Below, one piece after another: positions 1 through 9,281 of a DNA stretch of 29,089 bases. Below the pieces are notes generated by a model. The model searched no databases. It was not told where the DNA came from and was given only the letters and a program-made list of their open reading frames with translations. The stretch lies in IMG/VR virus record IMGVR_UViG_3300044983_000295, positions 1-29,089 of that record; one strand, 5' to 3'. The DNA is from a virus (Duplodnaviria; Caudoviricetes). How positions within the stretch are numbered: position 1 is the first letter of the stretch; every line of letters starts with the position of its first letter. Both the position numbers and the translations under genes were made by a program.

Positions 1-65
1 TCTTGACACCGGTACCATCGGACGGCGGACCGTCCCTCTGCGCGTCGGTGTAGCCGGTGTGAAGA
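1..65. repeat. Imperfect nested hairpin, probably in host flanking DNA
   Basis: tcttgacaccgg (1-12) pairs with ccggtgtgaaga (54-65) with one mismatch; inner stem ggacgg/ccgtcc. Confidence 0.45.
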
Positions 66-76
66 CTCTGGAATTC

Positions 77-175
77 TGTACCTTTCACAAAAAAATGGCG
101 AGATCGGGGAATAGATGGCGAATTGTGCGATCGAGCGCTTGGCGGATTATTCGTTTTCCCATTGGCGGATTGTCG
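77..175. repeat. Putative prophage terminus: 5'-TGTA followed by four imperfect direct repeats (TGGCG core), candidate transposase-binding sites
   Basis: TGGCG cores at 96, 116, 140 and 163 (tggcgagatc, tggcgaattg, tggcggatta, tggcggattg), spacing 20/24/23 bp, just past the last tail gene; TG at 77-78. Confidence 0.6.
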
Positions 176-207
176 GTCGGAAATGCCTCTGCAGTGCCCC
201 TGCATTC

Positions 208-2325
208 TCACTGATAAGCCCCACCAAAATATTCGGCGGCTTGCAGCTTCAAATAGTCGTTCTCATCGTGATCCAGCTTAAGGATCCTAAACTGTTTTGC
301 GCTCCATCCAGGTTGGCTGCTGTGGGTCACTGAGATTATATCCTCCGGTTCCAGGGCCAGCCCCTTCACCGTAGTCGTAAATTCGCAGACGTAATTGGCG
401 TTCACTTCTTCGGCCAGGATCGTCATGGCCAGGAGCTGGGCTTGCTCCAGATTGGTTACCGCGGGGAATTTCAGGTTTTCATCAACAATGCCGTTATTCC
501 CGGCGCGATCGGCCCTGGCATCCTGATTGAGCTGGTCGTCCACTATCAGCTCGGTTTCGGAGTTTTGGCTGTCTTCTGAATGGTAGAATACGTGCAGACG
601 ATTGGCGCGATCGGCGCGTTCCACCAGCTCGGAGCTGAATGAGCCTTTCAGGATGTTGGTTTGGTCAAAGCTGAAGATGCTGGCCCCTGCTCTCCGCTCG
701 CGCACAACGAATTTGCCGCTCGAGATAAACAACGAACCATGACAGGCGTCCAGGATCGCGCGCATGTGCTCCTGAATCGGTTTGCGCGCATCAATCGCAT
801 AATTGGCTTCGTATCGGGGGCGGGTAATTGGGCCGTCTGCAGTCTGGATCACAATCTGTTCGTCGCACCTGGTGGCGAATGCGTCAGCCGCCGACCAGTC
901 GATTTTGTCCTCGGAAAAGCCTTTGCCGCGTAGCGGTTCGGTCAGGAGGTAAATGATCTGGGCGACGTTGTTCTGGGTCCAGGTCCGCGGGTAATAGTCG
1001 TAGGTGATGGTGATGGTGGATGCGGCGGCCGGGGCGGTGATGAATTCGACGTAACCCTTAAGTTTGTTCAGGCGATAGACGTCGCCGCTCTGATTGCCCG
1101 GCCCGATCTCCGTGAAGCTGGTTGCGCCGACGGTTAACGAGCTGATGCTGATGACGTCGGCATTGGCCAAGGCAAAGCGGACTTTTACGCCGTCGGCGCC
1201 GGGTAAATCCTCCGCGGCCGCTGTTGCGGTGATGAATCCATTTTCATCGAATTGCCGACAGAGGCGCCCTTTCACGCGGCAGATGAGATTGAAATTGCCC
1301 AGGACTTCGCCATTGGCCAGGCGAAAGACCAGGTAACCGCAGCCGCTCAGGCCATAGATGGGAAGTGTACGATCGTACCAGGCCCTGACGTCGACGGGCA
1401 CTGAGATTGCATGGGCTCCGTCATAGCGGCTGATGGATGGGACTGTGGAATCGCCGGAGATGCTGCCGGTAACGGCTTCGGCTTTGGTCTGGGCTGGATC
1501 CAGCCTGAATCCGATCACGGTGCCTGAATGGAAGCTCTGGTCTTCGTAGGATAAGCCGTTAATCTTGAGGCCGGTCAGGGTGTCGAAATCATCAAAGGGA
1601 GCTGAGCCGAGCACGACGATTTTGTTCCACATCTGCAGCGTCTTGTCAGTGATGCTTTGGGTGTTGTCGATAAGCTGGGAATAAATGGCATTTCCGGCGA
1701 CCACGACGCTGCCCAAAAGATCGGCCAATGGCAGTTCGGAGGAGGTCTGGGTAACGAGTGGGTTCTGGGAATATCTGCCTGTTTGATTGAGGAATCTGGG
1801 CAGTTTCGGTTTGGGCGTGAGCTGGGCGGCAATGAAGCTCAGCGCCAAGCCAATGAGCAGGGCGATTACCTGCACCCAGCCCAGATCCGGATTGTTCAGG
1901 GCCTGGCAAAGTTTATCAGCTTCTTCGGAGCCCAGTGCGCCCATGGGTTCAAGACCTAACCTCCGCAGCAGCTCCGGGCCGTTATCGATGCGGGATTCGC
2001 AGCCGGCTAAGATGTGCAGCAATCGACCATGGCCAATATGAATAGCCACGTGGCAGGGCCGGCCGGATTGTTTGTGGCGAAAGAATAGGATGTCGCCTGC
2101 GCGCCAGATCTGGTGAAGCATCGCGGAGCGGAGGATGCGATCGGCGCCGACTGTTGGGGGGCGATTAAAGATGACCAGCCCCTTTTGTTCCTGGAGCCAA
2201 AGCAGGGCCAAGCCGCGGCAGTCCAGGCCCGCGCGGGTCAGGCCGCCTTCTAGCCAGGGCAGATTGCAATAGGTTTCCAGGGTGGGATGAATGAAACCGA
2301 TGGGATTTATGGCTGTCTCGGTCAT
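208..2325 (-). CDS. Tail tip (central hub/megatron-like, Phage-tail_3-type) protein with N-terminal NlpC/P60 peptidase domain
   Basis: Start moved to ATG 2325, which overlaps the upstream TGA. N-terminus LPWLEGGLTRAGLDCRGL...GDILFF...HVAIHIGHGRLLH fits NlpC/P60 Cys-His-His. A hydrophobic stretch follows, then gpJ/megatron-like motifs (VKGRLC, NNVAQIIYLLT...G.G...IDW, GKFVV, EFTTTVKGLALEPEDIISVTH). Confidence 0.85.
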   Translation of the reverse strand: MTETAINPIGFIHPTLETYCNLPWLEGGLTRAGLDCRGLALLWLQEQKGLVIFNRPPTVGADRILRSAMLHQIWRAGDILFFRHKQSGRPCHVAIHIGHGRLLHILAGCESRIDNGPELLRRLGLEPMGALGSEEADKLCQALNNPDLGWVQVIALLIGLALSFIAAQLTPKPKLPRFLNQTGRYSQNPLVTQTSSELPLADLLGSVVVAGNAIYSQLIDNTQSITDKTLQMWNKIVVLGSAPFDDFDTLTGLKINGLSYEDQSFHSGTVIGFRLDPAQTKAEAVTGSISGDSTVPSISRYDGAHAISVPVDVRAWYDRTLPIYGLSGCGYLVFRLANGEVLGNFNLICRVKGRLCRQFDENGFITATAAAEDLPGADGVKVRFALANADVISISSLTVGATSFTEIGPGNQSGDVYRLNKLKGYVEFITAPAAASTITITYDYYPRTWTQNNVAQIIYLLTEPLRGKGFSEDKIDWSAADAFATRCDEQIVIQTADGPITRPRYEANYAIDARKPIQEHMRAILDACHGSLFISSGKFVVRERRAGASIFSFDQTNILKGSFSSELVERADRANRLHVFYHSEDSQNSETELIVDDQLNQDARADRAGNNGIVDENLKFPAVTNLEQAQLLAMTILAEEVNANYVCEFTTTVKGLALEPEDIISVTHSSQPGWSAKQFRILKLDHDENDYLKLQAAEYFGGAYQ

Positions 2326-4481
2326 CGAATGATGGCTTGATTGGGCAGATCCAGGAAGCCACCGAAGTTCTCCCAGTTTTGGCGCTCGGTGCAGCCGTTG
2401 AATGTGCGCGGGCAACCGCGCTCGATGACGAAGGTATCGCCGTTGGCGGGGGCCGCCGGCAGGGGTGGAACAATGATTTCGCCCGAGTAGCTTTCCAGGA
2501 CTGGGCGGCTGATGTTTCGAAGAGCGACCGTGGCGGTATTTGAATCGAATACGATTCGACCGTACGCCCACCAATTGCGGGAGAGTTCGAAGGCGCGGAT
2601 TTCATCGAACATCCCGAATGAAACGGCTTCGCCCCAACGGCTGCGCACACAGATCCGCCAAAAGCGTTTGGAGATGGATTTGGGCATGAGCACATCGAAG
2701 AGGCGCCCGCCCACGGGGCGCATCTCGAAATATGTCATTAACCGAAATGCACTGATGATCACCGAGGTGCCATTGGTGGTGATGTCTATTGCGGCTCCAT
2801 CGATTGTGGCGGCGACCTTGAAATCATTTGTGGTGACGTCGCGCGCGAAATAGCCGGTCTCAAAGGCGAGCCCCCCGGGCAGAGGCGATCCCGCGAATTC
2901 GATCGTATCCCAATTCTTGAGCCCATGCGCGGCGAGCGTGACTTTGTCGGTGGTGTTATCCACCGTCACGGCGGCTGAATTATGGATGAACGCGAAGATC
3001 TCAATGAGCCGAACCAGGTCTTCCGAGCGCGCATTTGCTCCCGAGGCAACGCGCCATACTTTCGGTGTGACGGCGCCGCCGAAGTCGAAATGAATAAAGG
3101 GTTCGAGCAGGGCGTTTTTCAGGCCGGCCTGAGCATCGGGGATTTGCCAGTAGCCCTGGACGTTTGTGCCCCAATCGCTGGCTTGTTGAAAGCGCCAGCC
3201 GTTGGCATTGCTGGCTTTGACGTTGCTGGCTGCATAATTGCCGACTGTAGAGATGTCCACGCCTGAGCCGGCGGAGCCAAATGTCGGGCGGGTTGTTCCA
3301 TCCGGATCGTCTGGAATCGTAGTGACGCTGAACCAATTCCCACCGTAAACATAAAGGTAATAGGTGACCCCGAACGTAATCCCGGAGGGCGCAACGGAGC
3401 CCGCGAATACCACCGGATCGCCAGTGATCAATCCAGCTTGCGCAATCGAGAATGACACTGTCCCGAATGCGCCGAGCTGAAAGGTCACAGGCACATTGAC
3501 CAGCGTGACCTTGGTACTCGAGGCGGTGATCGAACCATCAGGGATTTGATCCATGATATCTGTACCATAGATGGGATCCGAATCCATGAGGACGCTGGTG
3601 CCGTTGGTGGTGATATCGATCGCCGATCCGCCGAGTGTGGCGGCGACTTTGAAATCGTTCGTGGCTTTGTTGACGACGTAATAGGTCGTGCCGGCAGTCA
3701 GCCCCGTCGGCATCACTGCAGCCGAAAATCTGACGGTATCGTTGAGGCTCAGGAAATGGGCGGCGAGCGTGATTTTGTCCGTGGTGGCATCCACCGTCAC
3801 GGCCTGGCCAGTGTAACGATTGTGGGCAGTGTCTTCATTGAAATCGGCGGACTTAACGAGGGTCATACTCGAGCCTGAGCCGACGGTGCCTGCCTTATAG
3901 TTTTCCTCCAGATATCGAATGGCGGTGCATTGGTCGTCGGCCCAGCCGAATCTACAGTTCTGATGCATGTTCTCGCGCGGGGCGATCGAGCTGAGGTTGC
4001 CCAGGTCGTTTGAGCAGGCGAATTGGAGCTGCTCCAGCGTGATCTTCGCGGAATCGATCAGGCCGGAAAAGATGGTGACGCAATCATCGGCAGTGGGCAC
4101 GGCGATCGTAGTGCTGACTTTGCGGATGACGACGGGGGTGTCATACCAATCGACTGCCGCCAGCATCTGGGCCCATTCAGTGGTGACGTTGCTGGCGGCG
4201 ATCATGAGTTTGTCATTGGCCGTTTGAGAAGCCGCGCGAACGATCTCCCGCTTTATCGGCCAGTGATGGTACGTCGCGGCGTCGCCTTGGGTTCCGACGG
4301 GTTCGGGAGCGTGTTGCGGGGTGAAGAATGCGAGATCGCCGGGGAGTGTAGTGAGACGGATTGTGCTGATTGTGCCCCATGGAGTGGAGATGGCGGCCTT
4401 GAGATAGAAATCGTACAGCTCAGCCCAGCCGGATTGGTCGGCGTCTTTCTGCGTTATGAGGGGGGCTGTAAGGGTCTTCAT
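2322..4481 (-). CDS. Tail hub protein (DUF2163/BR0599-like, lambda gpL-like Cys motif) with inserted repeat and discoidin-like domains
   Basis: N-terminal AELYDF...IFSGLID; Cys motifs CRFGWADDQC and GCPRTFNGC...NWENFGGFLDLP at the C-terminus; lies between Dit and NlpC/P60. Confidence 0.85.
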   Translation of the reverse strand: MKTLTAPLITQKDADQSGWAELYDFYLKAAISTPWGTISTIRLTTLPGDLAFFTPQHAPEPVGTQGDAATYHHWPIKREIVRAASQTANDKLMIAASNVTTEWAQMLAAVDWYDTPVVIRKVSTTIAVPTADDCVTIFSGLIDSAKITLEQLQFACSNDLGNLSSIAPRENMHQNCRFGWADDQCTAIRYLEENYKAGTVGSGSSMTLVKSADFNEDTAHNRYTGQAVTVDATTDKITLAAHFLSLNDTVRFSAAVMPTGLTAGTTYYVVNKATNDFKVAATLGGSAIDITTNGTSVLMDSDPIYGTDIMDQIPDGSITASSTKVTLVNVPVTFQLGAFGTVSFSIAQAGLITGDPVVFAGSVAPSGITFGVTYYLYVYGGNWFSVTTIPDDPDGTTRPTFGSAGSGVDISTVGNYAASNVKASNANGWRFQQASDWGTNVQGYWQIPDAQAGLKNALLEPFIHFDFGGAVTPKVWRVASGANARSEDLVRLIEIFAFIHNSAAVTVDNTTDKVTLAAHGLKNWDTIEFAGSPLPGGLAFETGYFARDVTTNDFKVAATIDGAAIDITTNGTSVIISAFRLMTYFEMRPVGGRLFDVLMPKSISKRFWRICVRSRWGEAVSFGMFDEIRAFELSRNWWAYGRIVFDSNTATVALRNISRPVLESYSGEIIVPPLPAAPANGDTFVIERGCPRTFNGCTERQNWENFGGFLDLPNQAIIR

Positions 4482-4509
4482 TTGATTGGCCGCCGCTTCA
4501 CAGCGGCGG

Positions 4510-5586
4510 CTACGCTACGAGAGCCATGCCGTACTGATAGGCCAAGAGGTTGTGGACGGCTTTGACCTGGGCGAGGCTCAATGCGGCGGGGAACACTAAC
4601 AGATGCGCGATTTGGCCACTCAATTTCAGCGTGCCATCGATGGCGGCGCCCAATGTCGCGGGGCCAGCGGTCAGCGATCGCGTGTTGCTGGCAGAGCCGA
4701 TCGAGGCGGCATTGACGTACAACGTCGCGCTATTGCTGGCTGCCGCCCAGGTGACGGCCACCGAGCGCCACGTGCTCGCGGCCGAATTCGTGAATTGCGC
4801 CCCAGCCCATGTCTCAGCTCCGCCGATCCACGGTTCGTATTGGTTGGCCGCGCTGATGGCGATGCCGAGCGCGGCCCCGGCGCCCATCGCGCCGATCGCG
4901 GCAATGATCTGTTTGCTGGCGGCGGCCGCCTGCTGCGTAATCGCCAGAACGGTCGTTGCGGGTTGGGCCCCGACGAGCTCAGTGATATTCGGGGTTGTCT
5001 TGGCCCATTCAGTGGCCGTGCAAAGGTAATGCTGGTACTGTGCAGCGGCGTTGCCGAGGTTCAATCCGCCGCCGTTTTGCCATGTGGCGGCGTACTTCTG
5101 CCCTACGTCGTAGGCGGCGGCGTCCTTGGTGATGACGCTCATGTGCGAGATGTAAATTTCCCGATTCGCATCCCACCAAATTGCCGGCAGCGTGCCGGCG
5201 GCCGTCGTGATCTCCGTCAACTCTGGGATCCCGCGGATGGGGGCGGTTTCTTCGAGTTCAATGCGCAGATCGTAAACTGCGGGCCCGCGATGGATCTGCA
5301 GGGGATTTGCGAACCTGGATTTGATATTGCCGGAGCGATTGACGTTGTCGCGAAACCAAAAAGTATCGTACATCCCGCTCCGGGAAGTATGGAAAGCGCG
5401 CAGGGTCTGGAATTCGTTAAAGGTCAGAGGCGAATGCTGGAGGCTCACGCGACGTTTGAAACTGTTCGCCGCCCAGAGCGCTCGAGCGGATGTTGCACCG
5501 GATTCGAATTCGTCGCGGATCGTCCGATCGGTGCGCTGAACTGTCTGATCGGCGATCAAGCCCAGGGGATAGATGACGTCGCTCAT
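4510..5586 (-). CDS. Distal tail (Dit)-like protein with C-terminal concanavalin A/LamG-like domain
   Basis: Directly after the tape measure. N-terminal EFESGATSARALW...LRAFHTSRSGMYDTFWFRD is Dit/DUF2460-like; C-terminal WRSVAVTW...ATLYVNA...LSGQIAHLLVFPAALSLAQV is LamG-like. Confidence 0.75.
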   Translation of the reverse strand: MSDVIYPLGLIADQTVQRTDRTIRDEFESGATSARALWAANSFKRRVSLQHSPLTFNEFQTLRAFHTSRSGMYDTFWFRDNVNRSGNIKSRFANPLQIHRGPAVYDLRIELEETAPIRGIPELTEITTAAGTLPAIWWDANREIYISHMSVITKDAAAYDVGQKYAATWQNGGGLNLGNAAAQYQHYLCTATEWAKTTPNITELVGAQPATTVLAITQQAAAASKQIIAAIGAMGAGAALGIAISAANQYEPWIGGAETWAGAQFTNSAASTWRSVAVTWAAASNSATLYVNAASIGSASNTRSLTAGPATLGAAIDGTLKLSGQIAHLLVFPAALSLAQVKAVHNLLAYQYGMALVA

Positions 5587-5604
5587 AGACACAAATTCCA
5601 CCGA

Positions 5605-5690
5605 GACACGGGGAAGACACGGATTACACGGATTTTCACGGAGGGAGCGATCCGTGTTAATCCGTGAAATCCGTGTCTAAATCCGTGTCT
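5605..5690. repeat. CACGGAT-family hairpin repeat (copy 1)
   Basis: agacacggattacacggattttcacgga (5615-5642) / tccgtgttaatccgtgaaatccgtgtct (5651-5678), plus an extra partial unit to 5690. Confidence 0.9.
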
Positions 5691-7375
5691 CATGTGACCA
5701 GCCCTTTCACGGCGCGCGACGTATCGGTGTCCTGGCGGAGATTATTATTGATCTGCACGACTGCGCCCTGGACGGAATTGCGCGTGATGCGGACTTCAGT
5801 CTCCGGGCTGTGCGCAACCTCAATTACGATCGTTCCGCCGGCGCCGGCGCCGCGCAGATCTCCGGCGCGGCTTAGGGCCAGTTCTTCATTGCCAGCAAAG
5901 CCGACGGCGGCGCGGACGCCGCCGACTTGCATCATGCGCGGGGCCCGCAGGACGGTGAGCCATTCGGGGCCCGCTTCCCCGGCCTGCACGTTGAACCTGG
6001 GCAAATAAACCGGGCTCGATGCCAAGCCCACGCCGGCAATGCCGCCAGCGGCCATTTGTCTTGGATAAATGCCACCTTGCGCGGCGGTGAGGCCAGTAAT
6101 GGCGGTGCCGAGCGCGCCGCCGCCCAATCCGCTGAAGATCGCGCGGAGAACTACGGCTTGAATGAGCATCTGGGCCATCTGCTGCAGGAATTGTTGGGCG
6201 AACTTCCTGAAGGCATCGCCGCCCTCGCTGAATGCCCCCACGACAGCGCTTGAGAATCCCGAGGCGAAGTTCTGCGCCGCGCCCGTTGCGACGCGGCCCC
6301 ATTCACTTGCGGCGAACTGCTGGGCTTTGAGCTTTTCCGTTGCCTTACCAATAGCGATTTCCAACTCCGCCTCCATTTTGATTTGCTCAGTGGTTGACAG
6401 CCCGGCCTGATAAACCAGATCGACGATAGCTTGTTTCTGCTTGGTATATTGCTGAGTGAGCTGGTCTAGCTGGTACGCCTCGGCCGTCATGCTATCGGAA
6501 TGAATTTGGTCCCACACCTTTTGCTTTTGAGCCGTAGCTTCGCGCTCGGCGTTATAGACGGCGCCGGTCCGCGCGATGAGGGCTTGGGTGACAAGGTCTT
6601 CGCGGCGGATGCCGGTGCGTTTTTCCTCATCGGCAATTTCCTTAAGAATAGCCTGATGATCGAATTCGATTTCTGCCTTGCGGTGTGCAAGGCCTTCTGT
6701 CGTGGCGAGCGTGAGGCGATGTCTCAGTTCGATCGCGCCTTCGGTCACTGCATTGATATCCTCCAGCTCGCGAGCGATTTCATGGAGGCCTTTGCTTGCT
6801 GCTCCCGGGTCATTCAGCTTCGTCATTTCCTGCAAGGCTGTCAAAAGCTGTGATCCGCGTTCGAAAGACAATGTGCCGGTGACTTGAGCGGCAACGATCG
6901 AACGCTGCAGCGTCGCTAAAAGTCGCTGGTTTGCATTAACCAATTCCAACCTGGTATCGACATCCCGAAGTTCCGCTTTCCACATTCTTAAGCGTTCAAC
7001 GATGATCCAGATCGAGCCCCCCAATGCGACCAAGCCGCCACCTAAAGCAATGCTGGAAACGCCAAGTATTTTGGCTGATGCAGCAGTACTATTGAGGGCG
7101 AGCCCGGCGACGGCCGTTTGTTGTGCGAATTGCGGGAAAGCAATAAATCCAAGCAGGCGCAGCTCGCCGCTGAGGGCGCTGGCGGCCTGGCGCATCTTAG
7201 ACGCGTTGGCAACGAATTGCGTTCCGGTGGCGACGGCATTGGTGGAAATCGCGGTTGTCGCCGCATTGGTCGAGACAGCAGCGGCCTGGACCGACTGCAG
7301 ATCCTTGACGGCTTCAGGCGCGCCTGTGCCGCGCTTGACGATTTCGATTGCGTATTCTGTTCTCAGGTTCGCCAT
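5690..7375 (-). CDS. Tape measure protein (561 aa)
   Basis: Ala-rich helical protein with hydrophobic segments, GDAFRKFAQQFLQQMAQMLIQ and C-terminal AGEAGPEWL motif; follows the G/GT chaperones; start at MANLRTEY. Confidence 0.85.
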   Translation of the reverse strand: MANLRTEYAIEIVKRGTGAPEAVKDLQSVQAAAVSTNAATTAISTNAVATGTQFVANASKMRQAASALSGELRLLGFIAFPQFAQQTAVAGLALNSTAASAKILGVSSIALGGGLVALGGSIWIIVERLRMWKAELRDVDTRLELVNANQRLLATLQRSIVAAQVTGTLSFERGSQLLTALQEMTKLNDPGAASKGLHEIARELEDINAVTEGAIELRHRLTLATTEGLAHRKAEIEFDHQAILKEIADEEKRTGIRREDLVTQALIARTGAVYNAEREATAQKQKVWDQIHSDSMTAEAYQLDQLTQQYTKQKQAIVDLVYQAGLSTTEQIKMEAELEIAIGKATEKLKAQQFAASEWGRVATGAAQNFASGFSSAVVGAFSEGGDAFRKFAQQFLQQMAQMLIQAVVLRAIFSGLGGGALGTAITGLTAAQGGIYPRQMAAGGIAGVGLASSPVYLPRFNVQAGEAGPEWLTVLRAPRMMQVGGVRAAVGFAGNEELALSRAGDLRGAGAGGTIVIEVAHSPETEVRITRNSVQGAVVQINNNLRQDTDTSRAVKGLVT

Positions 7376-7379
7376 AAGG

Positions 7380-7613
7380 TCATTTGCACCGGCGCCAAAT
7401 CCATCCTGATCTCCAGGTCGGAGCGTCACCTACGAACGGCACTTGCTCAAACGACATCTGCGCTACTACCTCGCGAGTTTGTAGTTCGCGTTCGTAAACT
7501 GATTCCAGCACTGCATCGCCCAGGTCGCATTCGGCCAAAGTCCCGCGCAGTTCTTTGAACTTCAGGTTTTCTTCAGGCGCTCTTGGATCAAGTCCCATGT
7601 TGGCGGTGTCCAA
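7380..7613 (-). CDS. Small hypothetical protein between GT and tape measure (start uncertain)
   Basis: Fills the ~185 bp gap, co-oriented, stop 4 bp before the tape measure start; no recognisable motif. Confidence 0.35.
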   Translation of the reverse strand: MDTANMGLDPRAPEENLKFKELRGTLAECDLGDAVLESVYERELQTREVVAQMSFEQVPFVGDAPTWRSGWIWRRCK

Positions 7614-7892
7614 TCAGTTTGCTTTTGTTCGAGCCCGAGCAGCTCCCGGATGCTCGCGCGGCTCGCGCCGATGGCTTCTTCAGCCTTTTTCCCATCCCAG
7701 ACCGCGGCTGAAAGTATCAGCGCTTCGCGAACCTGGGCTTCTTCGATCAGGATCAGCCAAAGTTGGATTTTGGGTATCGACCATTGTTTTACTTCGATCC
7801 GATCGGCAAGCCCTGCTCGCACGATGGTGAGCTCGGCGCGGAGCCAATCGCAGTCGTCCCGATTGTCCTCAATAGCTCGGCCATTTTTTTTT
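7562..7892 (-). CDS. Tail assembly chaperone T segment (GT product via -1 frameshift)
   Basis: Open -1 frame (KNGRAIEDN...IEVKQWSIPKIQLW...) entered at the A9 run in the G gene. Confidence 0.75.
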
Positions 7893-8256
7893 GCGCCGGG
7901 GCCCCGAAGGTCAGCACGTAGGCGATGGCTTCCAGACGTCCGCAGCATTCGAAAGTGAGACTGTCGAGAAAGGCTTCATTGCTGTAAATCGGCGGCAGAC
8001 AAGCCAGGGTCGCTGGCAACATGAAATCGCCATCGGGCCGGTCCAATTCCTTTTGGATGCCGGCCAGGATGGCCGGCGCAGCGCGGCGGGATGGGGCGCT
8101 AAGACGAACGGCCAGGGGATTGGGGCCGGGATCGCCGCGGCGGTACTCGAGTGGGACATCTTTGTAGCCGCAATCGTGATCCTCGGGGGTGACCAAAGGT
8201 TCGCCGGCTTCCGGCGCTGAAGCGGCCTGAAGACCGCGCTCCTTTTGAGCGGTCAT
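7789..8256 (-). CDS. Tail assembly chaperone G
   Basis: ATGA overlap with the tail tube stop; contains the slippery site. Confidence 0.75.
   Translation of the reverse strand: MTAQKERGLQAASAPEAGEPLVTPEDHDCGYKDVPLEYRRGDPGPNPLAVRLSAPSRRAAPAILAGIQKELDRPDGDFMLPATLACLPPIYSNEAFLDSLTFECCGRLEAIAYVLTFGAPAQKKMAELLRTIGTTAIGSAPSSPSCEQGLPIGSK
7884..7892 (-). other. Programmed -1 ribosomal frameshift slippery site (A AAA AAA)
   Basis: Minus strand GCG CAA AAA AAA ATG (AQKKM); -1 frame GCA AAA AAA AAT GGC; canonical position between tail tube and tape measure. Confidence 0.8.
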
Positions 8257-9281
8257 GCGAAGGTGAGACTGAACGCGGTGGTTTCCGCTGAGGACAAGGC
8301 GCTACGCACGATATCGAAGTCCAGGCCGTGCGTCCGGACCTTGTTCCGATCGGCGTAGGGGACATTTTTGAATTCAGCCGTGGCGCTCATCTGCAGGATG
8401 TTTCCGCTGACGCTGCCCCCTTGAGGTGTGCCTACTGTCACCGCGCGAGGCGTGCTGGCTTCCCAATCGGCGAAGATGCCCCAATTCGCCACTTCGTCAG
8501 CTTCAGGATCGATCTTGCCTTTGCTCGAGCGATCGACAATCAGGAACCGGCCGATGCCATTTGTCGCGAGTGCATCCGGGCAGAGCACGACTTCATTGCC
8601 AATGTCGAACTCGGCGTTTTGAATCCTGGCAGTGGCGTATGAGCCGATGCTGACCACTTGGGCAAGGCTGAACAGCGGCGGTTTGGTATCCAGGAATGTG
8701 ATGCTCGATTGGGTCGGGAACGTATTGTCGGCCGGACGAATGTAAAAACCGGTGAACTCGAAATCGGCATATACCATCTTGTCCGCGGACCAGCGGAATT
8801 TCACCGTGCCACGCGCCCCGGTGAGCTTGTGCAGCTTGCGTTGCGTGTACCAATAGAGCGTGACGCTGGGATCGGTATTGTCGGTGAAGGTTTTGAGGTA
8901 ATAGTTGACGCTTCCATTGCGGCCGCCGCCGCTCTCGGGGGTGTAAACCGGCGTGAGATTGCAGGCTTTGAGCAACGCATCGATCTCGACGGCGTTCGCG
9001 CTGCTGCCGCTCGAAATATCTGCGGTCACGCCGTTGGTGCGATTGCCGCGCAGTTCGTAGGTGAAACTGATCTTGCCGCGTTTCATCGTGTTATAGCCGG
9101 GGATGGGCGCAATGATGGCGCCATCGAATGGTTTGCGCGGCAGCGCGTCGCTGGCGGGATCCCATTTCAGCGCGTCAATCGTTGGGATGGCGTTCGCGCC
9201 GATCGTTGGGACTGGGTCAGTGCCGTAGGTGGATTCGATCTTCGCGGTGAGAAGACCGATTTCGATGATTTCGTAGCTCAT
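8253..9281 (-). CDS. Major tail tube protein
   Basis: AKIESTYGTDP N-terminus, EIDALLKAC, SVTLYWY...HKLTGARGTVKF...DFEFTG pattern of siphovirus tube proteins; synteny. Confidence 0.85.
   Translation of the reverse strand: MSYEIIEIGLLTAKIESTYGTDPVPTIGANAIPTIDALKWDPASDALPRKPFDGAIIAPIPGYNTMKRGKISFTYELRGNRTNGVTADISSGSSANAVEIDALLKACNLTPVYTPESGGGRNGSVNYYLKTFTDNTDPSVTLYWYTQRKLHKLTGARGTVKFRWSADKMVYADFEFTGFYIRPADNTFPTQSSITFLDTKPPLFSLAQVVSIGSYATARIQNAEFDIGNEVVLCPDALATNGIGRFLIVDRSSKGKIDPEADEVANWGIFADWEASTPRAVTVGTPQGGSVSGNILQMSATAEFKNVPYADRNKVRTHGLDFDIVRSALSSAETTAFSLTFA

Noticed and set aside
3-35. Sigma70 promoter from TTGACA at 3-8
   Set aside because: No matching -10 element; the hexamer is part of a hairpin arm.
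7555-7580. Second frameshift from GT into the 7380-7613 ORF
   Set aside because: The frames are -1 related, but GAAGAAAAC is not a canonical slippery heptamer.
208-9281. Gene transfer agent or contractile injection system
   Set aside because: No sheath or baseplate wedge genes; Mu-like packaging genes, accessory cargo and an end-like sequence fit a prophage better.
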